A model generated the notes under the pieces. That model was not told the DNA's origin. It made no database searches and worked only from the letters and a program-made list of their open reading frames with translations. Shown here piece by piece: positions 1 through 12,605 of a stretch of 64,000 nt of DNA. The position numbers were made by a program, and so were the translations under genes. Source of the stretch: Octopus sinensis (lineage: Eukaryota); contig NC_043005.1 in the NCBI RefSeq assembly GCF_006345805.1, positions 96,100,001 to 96,164,000 of the forward strand, written 5' to 3'. The first letter of the stretch is position 1, and each line of letters starts with the position of its first letter.

Positions 1-298
1 TTATTGATGTGATATGTAAATCCCTTTTATTTCATATGGAAATCCTTTCCTTTCTTCAAGAGATAGCGAAAGCTATTTCAAAAACCCATCGAAATCCTTA
101 TTTTATGCATAAATGAAATTATTTAAACACATTTACAAGGAAATGGTAATTGGCAGCGGAGTGAGGAAATTTATGAAAAGTATAAATATATAAACAACAA
201 AAAATAACGAAAGCCTAATGCAGACAATAACTATCATGAAAATTATCTGAAACTTAGTTTTTTAAAAATTGAAAACCACAAAGATAACAAGACCGTAC

Positions 299-365
299 GC
301 CACTGAGTGAGTTCTCCTGGCAGACAGAATATTTCTGCTAAAACACTGAATTCGTCTTCGGCCAT
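299..365 (-). CDS. RWDD3: RWD domain-containing protein 3 (RSUME)-like, first coding exon; gene runs off the left edge
   Basis: Reverse strand reads ATG GCC GAA GAC GAA TTC... = MAEDEFSVLAEIFCLPGELTQW plus 1 nt, then a GTACGG donor at 298. This resembles the N-terminus of vertebrate RWDD3 (EELSVLAAIFCRPHE). Good start context (AACATGG). Only 22 codons are visible. Confidence 0.72.
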
Positions 366-450
366 GTTGTGAAGAAGGGGAGATAACCGGTTTTAATTCA
401 TTCTTTGTTGAGATTTTACATTGAATTATTGATTACAACGCACAATAATA

Positions 451-627
451 CCTATTTCTTTACTGCCCACAAGGGGCTAAACACAGAAGGGGACAAACAA
501 GGACAGACAAACGGATTATATCGACTCCAGTGCGTAACTAGTACTTAATTAATCGACCCCGAAAGGATGAAAGGCAAAGTCGATCTCGGCGGAATTTGAA
601 CTCAGAACGTAGCGGCAGACAAAATAC
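451..627 (-). mobile_element. tRNA-derived SINE family A (GAGTTCAAATTCC B-box; CCTTTCATCCTTTCGGGGTCGAT core), 5'-truncated
   Basis: Matches many other copies in the window; flanked by the 12-bp TSD CGCACAATAATA (439-450 and 628-639). Confidence 0.85.
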
Positions 628-779
628 CGCACAATAATAACATTATTAAAAAAAAATTAACCGATGAACAGAATAGTTATTTTTTTTTAATATAAGAAGA
701 GTTCATTAAGTTGAATAATTATTTTGCCGTGAATCTAATGTTTCAGGCAAGACTCTTAGATAAGGGAGAGATAGAAGGA

Positions 780-970
780 ATGTCCCTTCATTACAGCAAC
801 ATAATCTTTATAATTCGTTTACGTCTCAGTACTCGACTAGTACTTATTTTATCGGCTCCGTAAAGGATGAAATGCCAAATGGCTGTCGGCGGAATTTGAA
901 CTCAGAACGAAAAGAAATGTCAACTAAGCCTTTTTGATCGACATCCTAACGATTCAATCAGCTTGCCGAA
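780..970 (-). mobile_element. degraded SINE family A copy
   Basis: AAGGATGAAA...GGCGGAATTTGAACTCAGAAC similar to 560-610. Confidence 0.65.
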
Positions 971-1745
971 CTTTCTACTTTCCGACTCTCTTGTAGTTAG
1001 TAATCGACGGTGTAGATAACATAAAACTCTTGTTTTACTTTCATTTTCCCACAGCTAAGAGGCTACATTTATGAATGCATTTGTTTTGTAAATATGAAAA
1101 TAAGGAAGACTGAAGCTCAATAAAACTGTATAGGGTGTTGTTTTGAACTGTTTTCAGTGTTCTTATGTTACATGCATATGAGGGAAAATAGTGAAGTTGG
1201 ATGTTTATGCTCATGCAAGATTCTAAAGGACCAATTTAGTCGTTCACAATACAAGTTGTGAAGAAAGACTTGCATTTCCTATATCTATAACCTTTATAAA
1301 CTTTTTATGACCAATGATCACCAATTTCTTTACTATGTCTCTGACGCTGATAGCATTCTTTTCTTCTATAAAATTCCATGCACATCCTATAGGATGTTTT
1401 ATAACAGTATACTTGGCTTCCGAGGGATCCCAATGTTCTATGGGTAAAAAAAATCTGGGGTTCTGCGAGATAACGTACCATTTAGCAAAATCAAATTAAA
1501 AAATTTGAGTTTTTTTTTAACCAAATGCTATTCATCATTTTCAAAATAACGAGGGACAATTTGTATTACACCTGTCTCACTTTGAGGGTGAAATTTATGT
1601 TTTTTTCAATGGGTTTTGATTTGGTTTGAACTAATCTGACCTTCGAAACTTTAAAAATTATTCATTCTCTAGATAACCCGCTCCTTAAAATAAGTCGAAA
1701 GTAAATCGAAAAAATTTATCGGAAAGTTAACCATTTTCAGAGCCT

Positions 1746-1776
<31 letters not shown>

Positions 1777-1784
1777 GTATGTGC

Positions 1785-1816
<32 letters not shown>

Positions 1817-1870
1817 GATTGTATATATATGTATATATATGTGTGTGTGTGTATGTATATATATATGTAT
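1746..1870. repeat. (TA)n/(TG)n microsatellite
   Basis: Directly visible dinucleotide array. Confidence 0.95.
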
Positions 1871-2409
1871 GTCAGGTCACTTTCAAGTGCTACTGGTAAC
1901 ATGTAACCCAATACAACCTGTTGCATGGTCGGGTAATCGGCGACTAAACCGGCAACCCCACCAAGCTTGCTTGGTGAGGAGTGTGTTTATTGGACACCCT
2001 GCGGGATGAAAAACAAAACCCGTCAAAGGGCGGAGGAACTCTTGAGAGTCAACAGCCGTCCAATAAATGTCTTAAGGCTGTAATCATGCGCGGGGACATA
2101 GAAATAATCGGACTGAATACCCGATCGCGTGATTAAATCATTGGGAGTGAAGGACTCCTAGCCTTTGTTAGGGCATCCTTCTAGGAGATGATAACTCCGA
2201 CATAAAACCTGTGGCTCAGTGGTTACCGATGATGTTGACTTGTTCTTCTTTTGGGATTATGGCTGCTGTTGCTTAGTGAGTGGGATTGACTCAGTGCACA
2301 GCCTTTCCTCACTTTAAAAAAAAAAATCTTCTTGCACAGGCATTGCATGATAACAACATTGATTAAGCTTCGTGCAATGGCCATACTCGATAACGAGGGG
2401 GCAGCCACC
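1871..2409 (+). mobile_element. GC-richer non-coding interspersed element, probably a non-autonomous RTE 5'UTR-like retroposon
   Basis: About 540-bp GC-balanced island bounded on both sides by (TA)n. TTAGGGCATCCTTCTAGGAGA...AACTCCG resembles RTE 5'UTR motifs. Single copy in the window, so the assignment is inference. Confidence 0.4.
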
Positions 2410-3797
<1,388 letters not shown>

Positions 3798-4144
3798 GGC
3801 TGTTTGGTTGAGAAACTTGTGACCCAATAATGTGGTCTTAGATTCAGTCCCACTACATGGCACCTTGAGCAAGTGTCTTCTACTATAACCCTTCATCAAC
3901 CAAAAGCTTTTTGCATGCTTTATTGGGGTTACACAGAATTAACTGAGGCAAATTTTGTAAAACCACTTATCCCTGCCTCTAACCTTTGCATGTTTCCAAG
4001 CAAGGTCATATTCCTCTTAACCCAACATGCTTTTATAGAATATTACAAATGAATGACACTGCTTGTATGACAGTGACACTCATTTACAACTATCATGCAA
4101 TATCAAATCAGGGAGGCTCAAACATATCAAGTTACTTTGTTTTT

Positions 4145-4790
4145 ATTGGACTGTTGAAAAAACTGTATTGGTGACAGCAAGTCGAATCTCACTGCACAAA
4201 GTTAGTAACAAGAATCCATTTGAGTTCATTTGGTCAAGAAATGTAATCTGTTCCAATACAGGCATTTTATCTTGATTCTATTTTAATTGGAAATTCAGTT
4301 CAATAACATTCATAAATTAGAAAAGAACTTATCTTTAGCTGCATCTGTAGAACCAAGTGTTGGTGCATATGCGCTTACTGGAGTCACATATGTTTCTAGG
4401 CCAATTGGGATTTGCAGTAACATAAGATGATTGTTAATTCCATTTGGTAAGGATTCTAATTTATGTACAATATCATTACTAATAATAAACCCACACGGAT
4501 TCTCTTTTTTCTGCCTCTGATTTACCAATCCAGAAGACAGTGTACTTTCCAGCTACTTCATTCAACTGACCAGAATCTGGTAGCCTTGTCTCTGAAACAC
4601 CAGCAATACTAACATTTTCACTTCTCAGAAACTGAGCTTTGAGTGTTGTTTTGCACTCAGGATACTTCTTGTGGTCCTGGGGGTGTGTGTACATTCCAAA
4701 CTGCTATACTCATATCTGTTTCTCTGCCCTTCTCCCTTTGTCTTCTCATAGTTTTTCAACTGCATGGTTGAAAGTCCAGTCATTGGCAAT
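4145..4790 (-). mobile_element. degraded RTE-clade LINE, apurinic endonuclease N-terminal region
   Basis: ORFs 4479-4694 and 4310-4528 contain WNV..., SIAGVSETRLPDSGQLNEV, YTVFWIGK and VSAYAPTL, typical RTE APE motifs; frameshifted. Confidence 0.8.
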
Positions 4791-4865
4791 ATAATGAAAG
4801 GGTTGTGTGAGAAGAAAATATAAACTGTGGAGTTGCTCGCATAAATTTCACAGAACTGCCATCTA

Positions 4866-5520
4866 TTGGGTCATCCCATAAATAATGCATTTTTTTATAC
4901 TTCTTTTATTTTTCAAAAAAGTTCTTTTTTAATCTAAAATATATTCTCGTTCATTTTCTACAATGCTCTTCCATCTATTTGGTAGACTTGCAAGGCCCCT
5001 CTTCCAAAATTCACTTGTCTGTGATGAAAAATACTCCTCCAGTACTGTTCTGACCTCATCTACAGAATTCATATTTTTTCCCTCCAAATGATTTTGAAAA
5101 CTGCTGAATAAATGATAAGATGGGGCAATGTCCAGTGAATATGGTGGGTAGGGGATCGTTTCCCATTCAAACTGCTCCAACCTTTGGAATGTCATCCTTG
5201 TTGTATGTGACCAAAGATTATTCTGATGGAAGGACACCTTTCGTCTTGAAACCAAAGATGGTTGTTTTTCTTATAGTGCTGACTGTAAATCTCCTTTGTT
5301 ATTGTTTGGTTTGGGTTTCAAAATAGATAACAACACCTTACGTGAATGAAGACCTTTTTTTAGCCTGGGGTGCCAGTGTTTCTCCTTTCCCTACCCACTG
5401 TTTTCAGTGCTTCACATTTTTATAGAGAACCCATTTCTTGTCACCAGTCACTATTCGGTCCAAAAAAGGTTCATTCATGAGACGTGACAGCAAAGAAGAC
5501 CACACATCCACTCTCTGGAA
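4866..5520 (-). mobile_element. mariner transposon relic (3' part of transposase plus right end)
   Basis: EPFLDRIVTGDKKWVLYKN (first catalytic D) and IPYPPYSLDIAPSYHLF (YSPDLAP.D motif) in ORFs 5404-5625 and 4929-5255; terminus TA|TTGGGTCATCCCATAAATAATG at 4864. Confidence 0.85.
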
Positions 5521-5603
5521 ACAAAGCACACTGCTTGTATGACAGTGACACTCATTTACAACTATTATAGTGCAAGGTAACAGTAGCACACTCATGCATG
5601 CAT

Positions 5604-7950
5604 GATGATGATGGCAATCCCTCAAGGTCGAGGATGATGGTCTTCACGCAAATTTACTGGTGAATCTGTAGGTGACCGATAAGACCAATTCTTCTTTGAA
5701 AAGATCGGTCGCAGTGCGGACATCTAGTGCCGGAAGGGAGAGTTGCACGTGGTTGTTGTTGGCACTCCTTCCGTCGTCGTCTTTTCTCCTCCAGCTCTGC
5801 AGACCTTTTCGACTCGAAAGTCGCCATTCCCTCATGGATGGTGGTTTTCCAGAGTGGTCTGTTTTTTGCCGTTTCCTCCCAGTTAGTGAAGTCGATGTCA
5901 CACTTTTTGAGGTTCGTTTTCTGGGAGTCTTTGTAGCGTTTCTTCTGGCCTCCTTTTGTACGCTTGCCGTCTTTGAGTTGGGAGTAGAAGATCTGTTTGG
6001 GAAGTCATTCGTCAGTCATTCTAACCACGTGGCCGCTCCATCTTAGTTGGCCTTTGATGACATAGGCTTCGATGCTGGTCATTTTTGCTTCTTGTAGCAC
6101 ACTGACGTTTGTTCTTCCCAGCTGATGTTAAGGATCTTCCGAAGACAGCGTTGGTGAAATTTCTCGAGCGTTTTCAGGTGGTGACTATACGGGGTCCAGG
6201 TTTCGGATGCGTAAAGGAGGGTTGGAATAATGACTGCCCTGTACACCATGAGTTTGGTTTCAGTTCGGATGTCCCGATCAGCAAAAACTCTTGTTCGAAG
6301 CTTGCTGAAAGCTGTTCCTGCACACCTCAGACAGTGTTGGATTTCATCGCTGAGGTCTACCTTTGCTGACAGATGGCTCCCAAGGTAGCAGAAATGGTTC
6401 ACATTTTCCAGTGGAATTCCTTCGAGTTGAATCGATGGCGGGTTGTCAACACAGCCATTGGGAGGAAGTTGGTAGAGTAAGTGAGTCTTCTTGATGTTGA
6501 TGCTCAGTCCAAGTTTAGTATATGCATGATGAAAAGCATTTAGGATCAGTTGGAGGTGATCCTCTCTGTAAGCTGCTACACTGTTGTTGTCGGCATATTG
6601 GAACTCTAGCAAGCTTCGCACCATTGTTTTTGACGTACTTTTGAGGCGAGCAAGGTTGAAAAGCTTGCCGTCCATTCTGTACGAGATCTCGATGCCAGGT
6701 GGAAGGTCATCTCATGTGATGTGCAACACTGTCGCGATAAAGCTGGTAAAGAGAGTTGGCACTATCACGGAGGTGACTTTAAAGGGCTCAGAACTGCCTC
6801 CGTTGGTCTGGACTCTGGCGTGCATATTGTCGTGGAGGAGTTTGAGGATCTGGATGAATTTATCTGGGCATCTATACTGGGCGAGAATATCCAGAGGAGC
6901 TCTCGCGAGACACGATCAAAGGCTTTGGATAGGTCAATAAAGGCCAAATAGAGTGGTTGGTGTTGCTCACAACATTTTTCTTGTAGCTGTCGCAGCATAA
7001 AGATCATGTTGGTTGTGCTTCGTGATGGCCTAAAGCCAGTCTGCATCTCAGGAAGGATCCTCTCTGACAGCGTTTTGAGGCGGTTGTTCAGGATACGTGC
7101 AAGAATCTTCCCAGCAGTTGCTAATAAGGAAATACCCCGGTAATTTCCACACTCAGAATGATCGCCCTTTCGTTTGTAAATGGTAATGATGTTAGCATCC
7201 CTGAAGTCGGATGGTACAACTTCATTTGTCCAGATTTTGACCAAGAGTTGGTGGAGCTGGTGTTGGACAAAATCACCTCCCAGTTTGTAGATCTCAGCTG
7301 GGATTCCGTCAGAACCCGCGGCTTTGTTGTTCTTCATCGCTGTGATAGCAATTTTGACCTCTTCGAGGGATGGAATTCGAGCAAGAGAGTAATCTTTGGC
7401 CTCTTTAGGAATCATGTCAAGTATGCTTTTGTCGATGGTAGCCTTGTGATTGAGGAGGTCATCGAAGTGTTCTCTCCATCTGTCTCCTATTTCGGTGTTG
7501 CTTTTCAGGATGGTCGCTCCGTCTTTACTCTTCAGAGGAGCCTGTCCATGTGTGGAAGGTCCGTATATTTCCCTCGTGGCTTTGAAGAACCCTCTGGTGT
7601 CGTTTACATCTGCTAGCTGCTGGATTTCACGAGATTTGTGTCTCCACCACTGGTTCTTCAGGGTACGGATTGTCCTTTGAACTGCGGCTTTGCACTTCTT
7701 GAAAGACTCTCGTTTAGTGGCAGACTTTGGATCATTCTGTGAGCTGATGAAAGCTTTCCATTTTTGGTCAATCAGTTCTTTGAGAGCTTCATCATTGTCG
7801 TTGAACCAGTCCTGGTGTTTCCTTTTCTTGCGACCGATGGTTTCTTCGCAAGCGGTGATGACTCGTGTCGCTTTCCAGCAGTGCCTACAGGTCAATCTTC
7901 AAAATAAGACTCCAAACCATCTCGTCAAAGAAAATTGGAACCTGCTGAAA
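5604..7950 (-). mobile_element. RTE/BovB-like LINE, 5'-truncated with an inverted 5' segment, frameshifted
   Basis: ORF 6765-7895 (KAAGSDGIPAE, NYRGISLL, AFIDLSKAFDRV), ORF 6079-6675 (QYADNN, YLGS, LLYASETW), C-terminal Cys/His region and (CAT)n tail at ~5604. 8-bp TSD GCATGCAT at 5596-5603 and 7951-7958. It interrupts a family B SINE. Confidence 0.93.
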
Positions 7951-8162
7951 GCATGCATACATAAGTGTATTGTATATAAACATGAGATGGGCTTCTTTCA
8001 GGGTTTCTGTCTACCAAATCCACTCACTAAGCTTTGGTTGGCCTAGGGCTGTAATAGAAGACACTTACTTGAAGTGCCTCATATTAGTACTGAACCTATG
8101 CAAACATACATAGACATACATACATATATACATACATGCACGCATACATACATACATATATG

Positions 8163-8650
8163 TTAGGATTGCCTGCACGGACCCATACAACAGACAAACA
8201 ACATCAACAGTGTTGCCGATTGTCTGCCAATGATCTTCATGCACAAGATGATGAATTTTCTCCATATTTCCAAGGGGTGACACTCATGGCTGGCCTTCCA
8301 GATCACTCTTCTGCTTTTGAAGCACTCATGCCACATGAAACATTGTGTACCACCCATTGCCTCATCACTGTAAGCTTGCCAAAGCACGCTTGATGTCTCC
8401 ATAGCAGACTTCACAAGTTTAACGCAAAATTTCATGTTGGCTCTTTGTTCCAACTTCCTGTCCATGACAAAAATCACAGACTACGGCATACACATGATCT
8501 CAAAAACACAAATTTCACAATTTGTGAAGTAAACACAGTAATGTCACTCGGCACACTGCCCCATGAAGGTCATTGCTAGCTCTCACTGTGCACGCAACCA
8601 CGTGCTGCCATTTGTTGGCACACTACAGAACTAGTCCAGAACTTTTTCAT
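8163..8650 (-). mobile_element. mariner transposon relic (5' end, HTH region)
   Basis: ORF 8163-8477 LEQRANMKFCVKL.KSA.ET...QAYSDEAMG.TQCF.WH..FKS, the mariner N-terminal HTH pattern. Confidence 0.8.
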
Positions 8651-9288
8651 ATTGTATGTTCATAGCTTGATTTGCATTCTCTCTGCCTTTCACCCCTCTG
8701 AGGTCAATAAATAAAGTATCATTATAAATCAATGGACTGGTGGAAACATTTGAGCTTGGTAGTTTTTGTTCTGGATCTTTGCATTCTGAGTTCAAATACC
8801 ACCATGGCCTATTTGGATGATAGACTTAATTTAACATCTAAGATTTAACATTTCCACTTTGGCAGACTCCAGTTACAATTTTCTTCAGGTTGAGTAGCCC
8901 ATCCCACTCAAAAGGTCCCTGAATAAGGTTTGAGGATGTTGAACAAAACAGCCATGTTTCCAAGGTGAACTATTCAAACCCTCAAAGAATTCCTCTCAAC
9001 ACATGGCTATGATGCTCCGCAACTACTTCTGCTCATGATCAGAGTTGCACATATCATCAGCCACTAAGGGACATGATCAACTGGTTAAGGTCAAACAACT
9101 GACAAGCAAATCTGTGGTATTGAGCAGAATATTTGCTGTAGCCCATCTTTTATACCAAGACAAAAACAATGTATATGATAACACTTCCAATCAGTTAAGA
9201 TCAGAAGCCATGAGAGCCACTGCCTGGTACTGCATCAGGGCATTCTTCTTCTTCTTCTTCCCCCCCCCCCACTACCACCATCATTATG

Positions 9289-10355
9289 AAGGTGGTAAGA
9301 TGGCAGAATTGTTAGCATGCAGGGCAAAATACTGAGTGGCATTTCGTCCATCTTTACATTTTGAGTTCAAATTCTGCTGAGGTCAACTTTACCTTTCATC
9401 CTTTTGGGGTTGGTAAATTAAGTACCAGTTGAACACTGGGATCAATGTAATTGGCTCATTCCCACCCCACCCCCAAATTGCTGCCCTTGTGGCAAAGTTT
9501 GAAACCATTATTACCTCTGCCTTGGCGAAGGTGGAGGTATTGTTTTCAGTTATATTTGTTTGTCCATGGACAAGATATCTCAAGAACCGCTGAATGGATT
9601 CAGATGAAACTTTCAGGGATGCTTGACCTCGTGACTGGCACAAACTGATTAGACTTTGGGATCAATCCAGTACCGGACAAGGATTCTGGATTATTTTTCC
9701 TGTTTTTTTTTTACTTAACTTTTGAGAGCGGTCAGGTTAATTTTTAGTATTCTCGTTTGTGAGTGCAGTCGAGTTTATTTTGGATATTCTCATTTTAAAA
9801 ATCGTCTCTGGCTAATCATTGAGAGGACGTTAGGGTTGCCTTGGCGGAGGTTTGCGCTCTCTTGAGTGCTCTTGTTATTATTCTTTGTTTTGTCCTGTAC
9901 TGTTCATTGTTTTTCTTAATGTAAACCTTTGTGGTTAATAAAGAAATCATTGGTAAGCTGACAGAATCGTTAGTGCATCGAACAAAATGTTTAGCAGCAT
10001 TTCTTCTAGTTCTTTACGTTTTGAGTTCAAGTCCTGTCGAAGTCACCTTTGCTTTTCATCCTTTCGAGGACGATAAAACAAAGTACTAGTCAAGAACTAG
10101 GATCGATGTAATTGGTTTGTTCCATCCCCTTAAAATTGCTGGTATTGTGCCAAAGTTAGAAAGAATCGTTATTTGTTGTAGTAAGGCGGCAAGCTGGCAA
10201 AATTATTCGAGCGTCAGAAAGATGCTGTGCGGTATATCTTACGATTCGTTACGTTCTGGGTTCAAGTTCGACTGACGTCGTTATCGCTTTTAGATGTAAT
10301 CGACTGGCCCCTTTCCCCCAGAGTTAAGGCCTTATGCCAATAGTAGAAAGGATTA
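9289..10355 (+). mobile_element. cluster of three SINE family A copies (about 9289-9507, 9950-10170, 10183-10355), with a HINE element after the first copy
   Basis: Repeated A-box (TGGCAGAATTGTTAGCA), B-box (GAGTTCAAAT) and CTTTCATCCTTT..GG core. Confidence 0.75.
9508..9876 (+). mobile_element. Helentron-associated non-autonomous element (HINE/DINE-1-like)
   Basis: 5' subTIR ACCTCTGCC within the hairpin ACCTCTGCCTT-GGCG-AAGGTGGAGGT; 3' subTIR GGCGGAGGT (9843-9851) followed by the stem-loop GCGCTC-TCTT-GAGTGC; T-rich ends and no TSD. Confidence 0.75.
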
Positions 10356-11129
10356 TTATTCTTAGTCTTAAAGAAAGCCTTAATGTACACAATTAATAGA
10401 AAACTAGGAATAATATTTTTACGAAACGATATTTTTTTGTGTAAACTATAAATGTAAATCTAAGGGAGCTAAGTCTTTCATCAATGGTTAATAGATACAC
10501 TTTTACAAAGAACATTAAATATAATTCTTTAAAAAATATCAATTAATGATCCCTAACTTCATTACTTCCATACTGATGGAAAATAAGCAGGTATTAAATG
10601 CTCCAAATTCGGAAGAAAATCGGGAGCATTTAAGCATCTTTAACCGCAAGGAGAATTAATTTTAAAATATATTGAAAAGGTTGCAAGACGCAACGAAAAT
10701 TTTAGGAAAATAAAAATAAGAAAAAAGTGGAAATTCTACTGGTGAGTGTGTTACATTATAAGGCACAAAAAGAAAACGACTCTCCGCAGACACAACAGAA
10801 TATGCTTCAGCTCACGAACTCATATAAAGAATCTTGCAAACCAAATCCCAAAACGAAATAATATTTTTTTAAAATGCTAAAATTATTAAAAAAAATAGCT
10901 ACTGATTTTTTATTACCCACAAGGGGCCAACAAAGAGGGGACAATACAATCTGATTTTGGGGTCAGATGAGCGAATGATTATACAAAAAAGATGACATTA
11001 AAAATTTTACAAAAATAAGAAAATCTAAAAAAACTTTTTAAAAAATAGCTACGTTTTTCCTTTCAAACGGGTACTTTGTTTAATTAGAAAACGAAATTAA
11101 CAGATCCAAGAACTGTAATTGTAGTAGTT

Positions 11130-11631
11130 CGAGTACGTTGTCGCTAGAGGACGCCACAAGTCATCCGTCGTTGAGCGACATTTTCTCTTCCCTCATTTCC
11201 TCCTCAATCTTCAACACATTTTTTCTTCTTCTTTAAATCTACTTTGTGTGTATTTTTTTTACTTCCTCCCACCGTCTGATGTGTATTCTGTATTATCGCC
11301 ATTGTACCGTCTCTTTCCTTTTGTATCAGTGAGAGGAGAGAGAGAGCGAGTGCAAAAGCCTCAAGTTAAAGAAAGAGTGAGAGAAGGTGCGTGTGTTCAG
11401 AGCTTTATACACACACACGTCTGTGTGTGTATGTATATATTATATACATTACATCTATGTATAAAATAGATAATTAATTATCATCATCGAACCAGAACTG
11501 CTGCTAGTTAGATCATATTTGCTATTTTTATATTTATTTCTGTTCTGTAAATACCTCTGACACTCGGGGGTCAACTATTATTATTAGCAGTAGAATCACA
11601 AACCCAATTTCTTTACGACATAAATGAAGAA
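11130..11631 (+). promoter_or_regulatory. putative YTHDC1 core promoter and 5'UTR
   Basis: Local CpG-containing stretch (GTCGCTAGAGGACGCC..CGTCGTTGAGCGACATTTT, YY1-like) followed by a pyrimidine tract, directly upstream of exon 1. The TSS cannot be determined from sequence alone. Confidence 0.45.
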
Positions 11632-11647
11632 ATGAGCAGTGTCCGAG
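11632..11647 (+). CDS. YTHDC1: YTHDC1 coding exon 1 (MSSVR+G, phase 1)
   Basis: ATG AGC AGT GTC CGA G|GTGAGT, a strong donor; the phase matches exon 2. The exon is short, so it is inferred from position, donor and phase. Confidence 0.72.
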
Positions 11648-12573
11648 GTGAGTGCTAATTATGTTTTATTCCTATAAATGTGTATTGCTACAGAGTTTAT
11701 TGTTTTACATAGTTATAATTTATGGAGTATTCCATTTCTCTTTGCCTTTGTTGTTTCGTCTTTGTATCATCCTTGATGTCCTTGTGGCAAATAAGCTTCA
11801 TATTTATAAATAATCTAATGTATTTTCAGATTTGTAATATTTTCATATCAAGTTCTTTCTTTTCAATTTTGTTTTTGTAATTTCCTTTATGATAACTGAT
11901 AGCTTTTTATTTTCTCTTCCCTCACTTTTAAATGTTCCTCTTCTCTATTTCTAACACCTTCTCTTCCGTTTCTCGACCATCTTATTACCATTGACCAGGA
12001 TTTTTTGTTAAATCTCACAAAATCTTTCTCCAAATTCTATTATTACACTTAACTGAACTATGGACGAGATTTAGCTTAACGGTAAAAATGAAAAAAATGA
12101 AACTAGGAAAATACAAAAGAAAACCCAAACTTATGTGGTGTGAGATAAAAATTAGGTCTTTGTGTTGATAGAGAATGTCACTAGTGGTTTATTTTCATTG
12201 CCTTTTAAATGGCCTTGCTCGTTGAGATAGTTTTGTTTTATAATTTTAGCTTTTTTAAAGTGATTCTAAGTGATCGATCAGTATGTTTTCCAAATATAAT
12301 TTAGCAATTTATTTTGGGGATTAAACATATTTCATGCCTATGTTTCAATTTTGATATTTATTTCTTTTATGATGTATACTCACAAATGCCCACCCACATT
12401 TAATTTGTTCTATTTATTAGTAAAAAAAAAGCAAAATAACGATTTATAGCTCATATGTTGTTTAATGTCAGTATTGCTAACATACATATGACACATAAAT
12501 ACGCACACAAACACACAGCTGTGTATATTCACATACACACATGCGTGTGTACTCTATATATTCTCTCCCTCTG

Positions 12574-12605
<32 letters not shown>

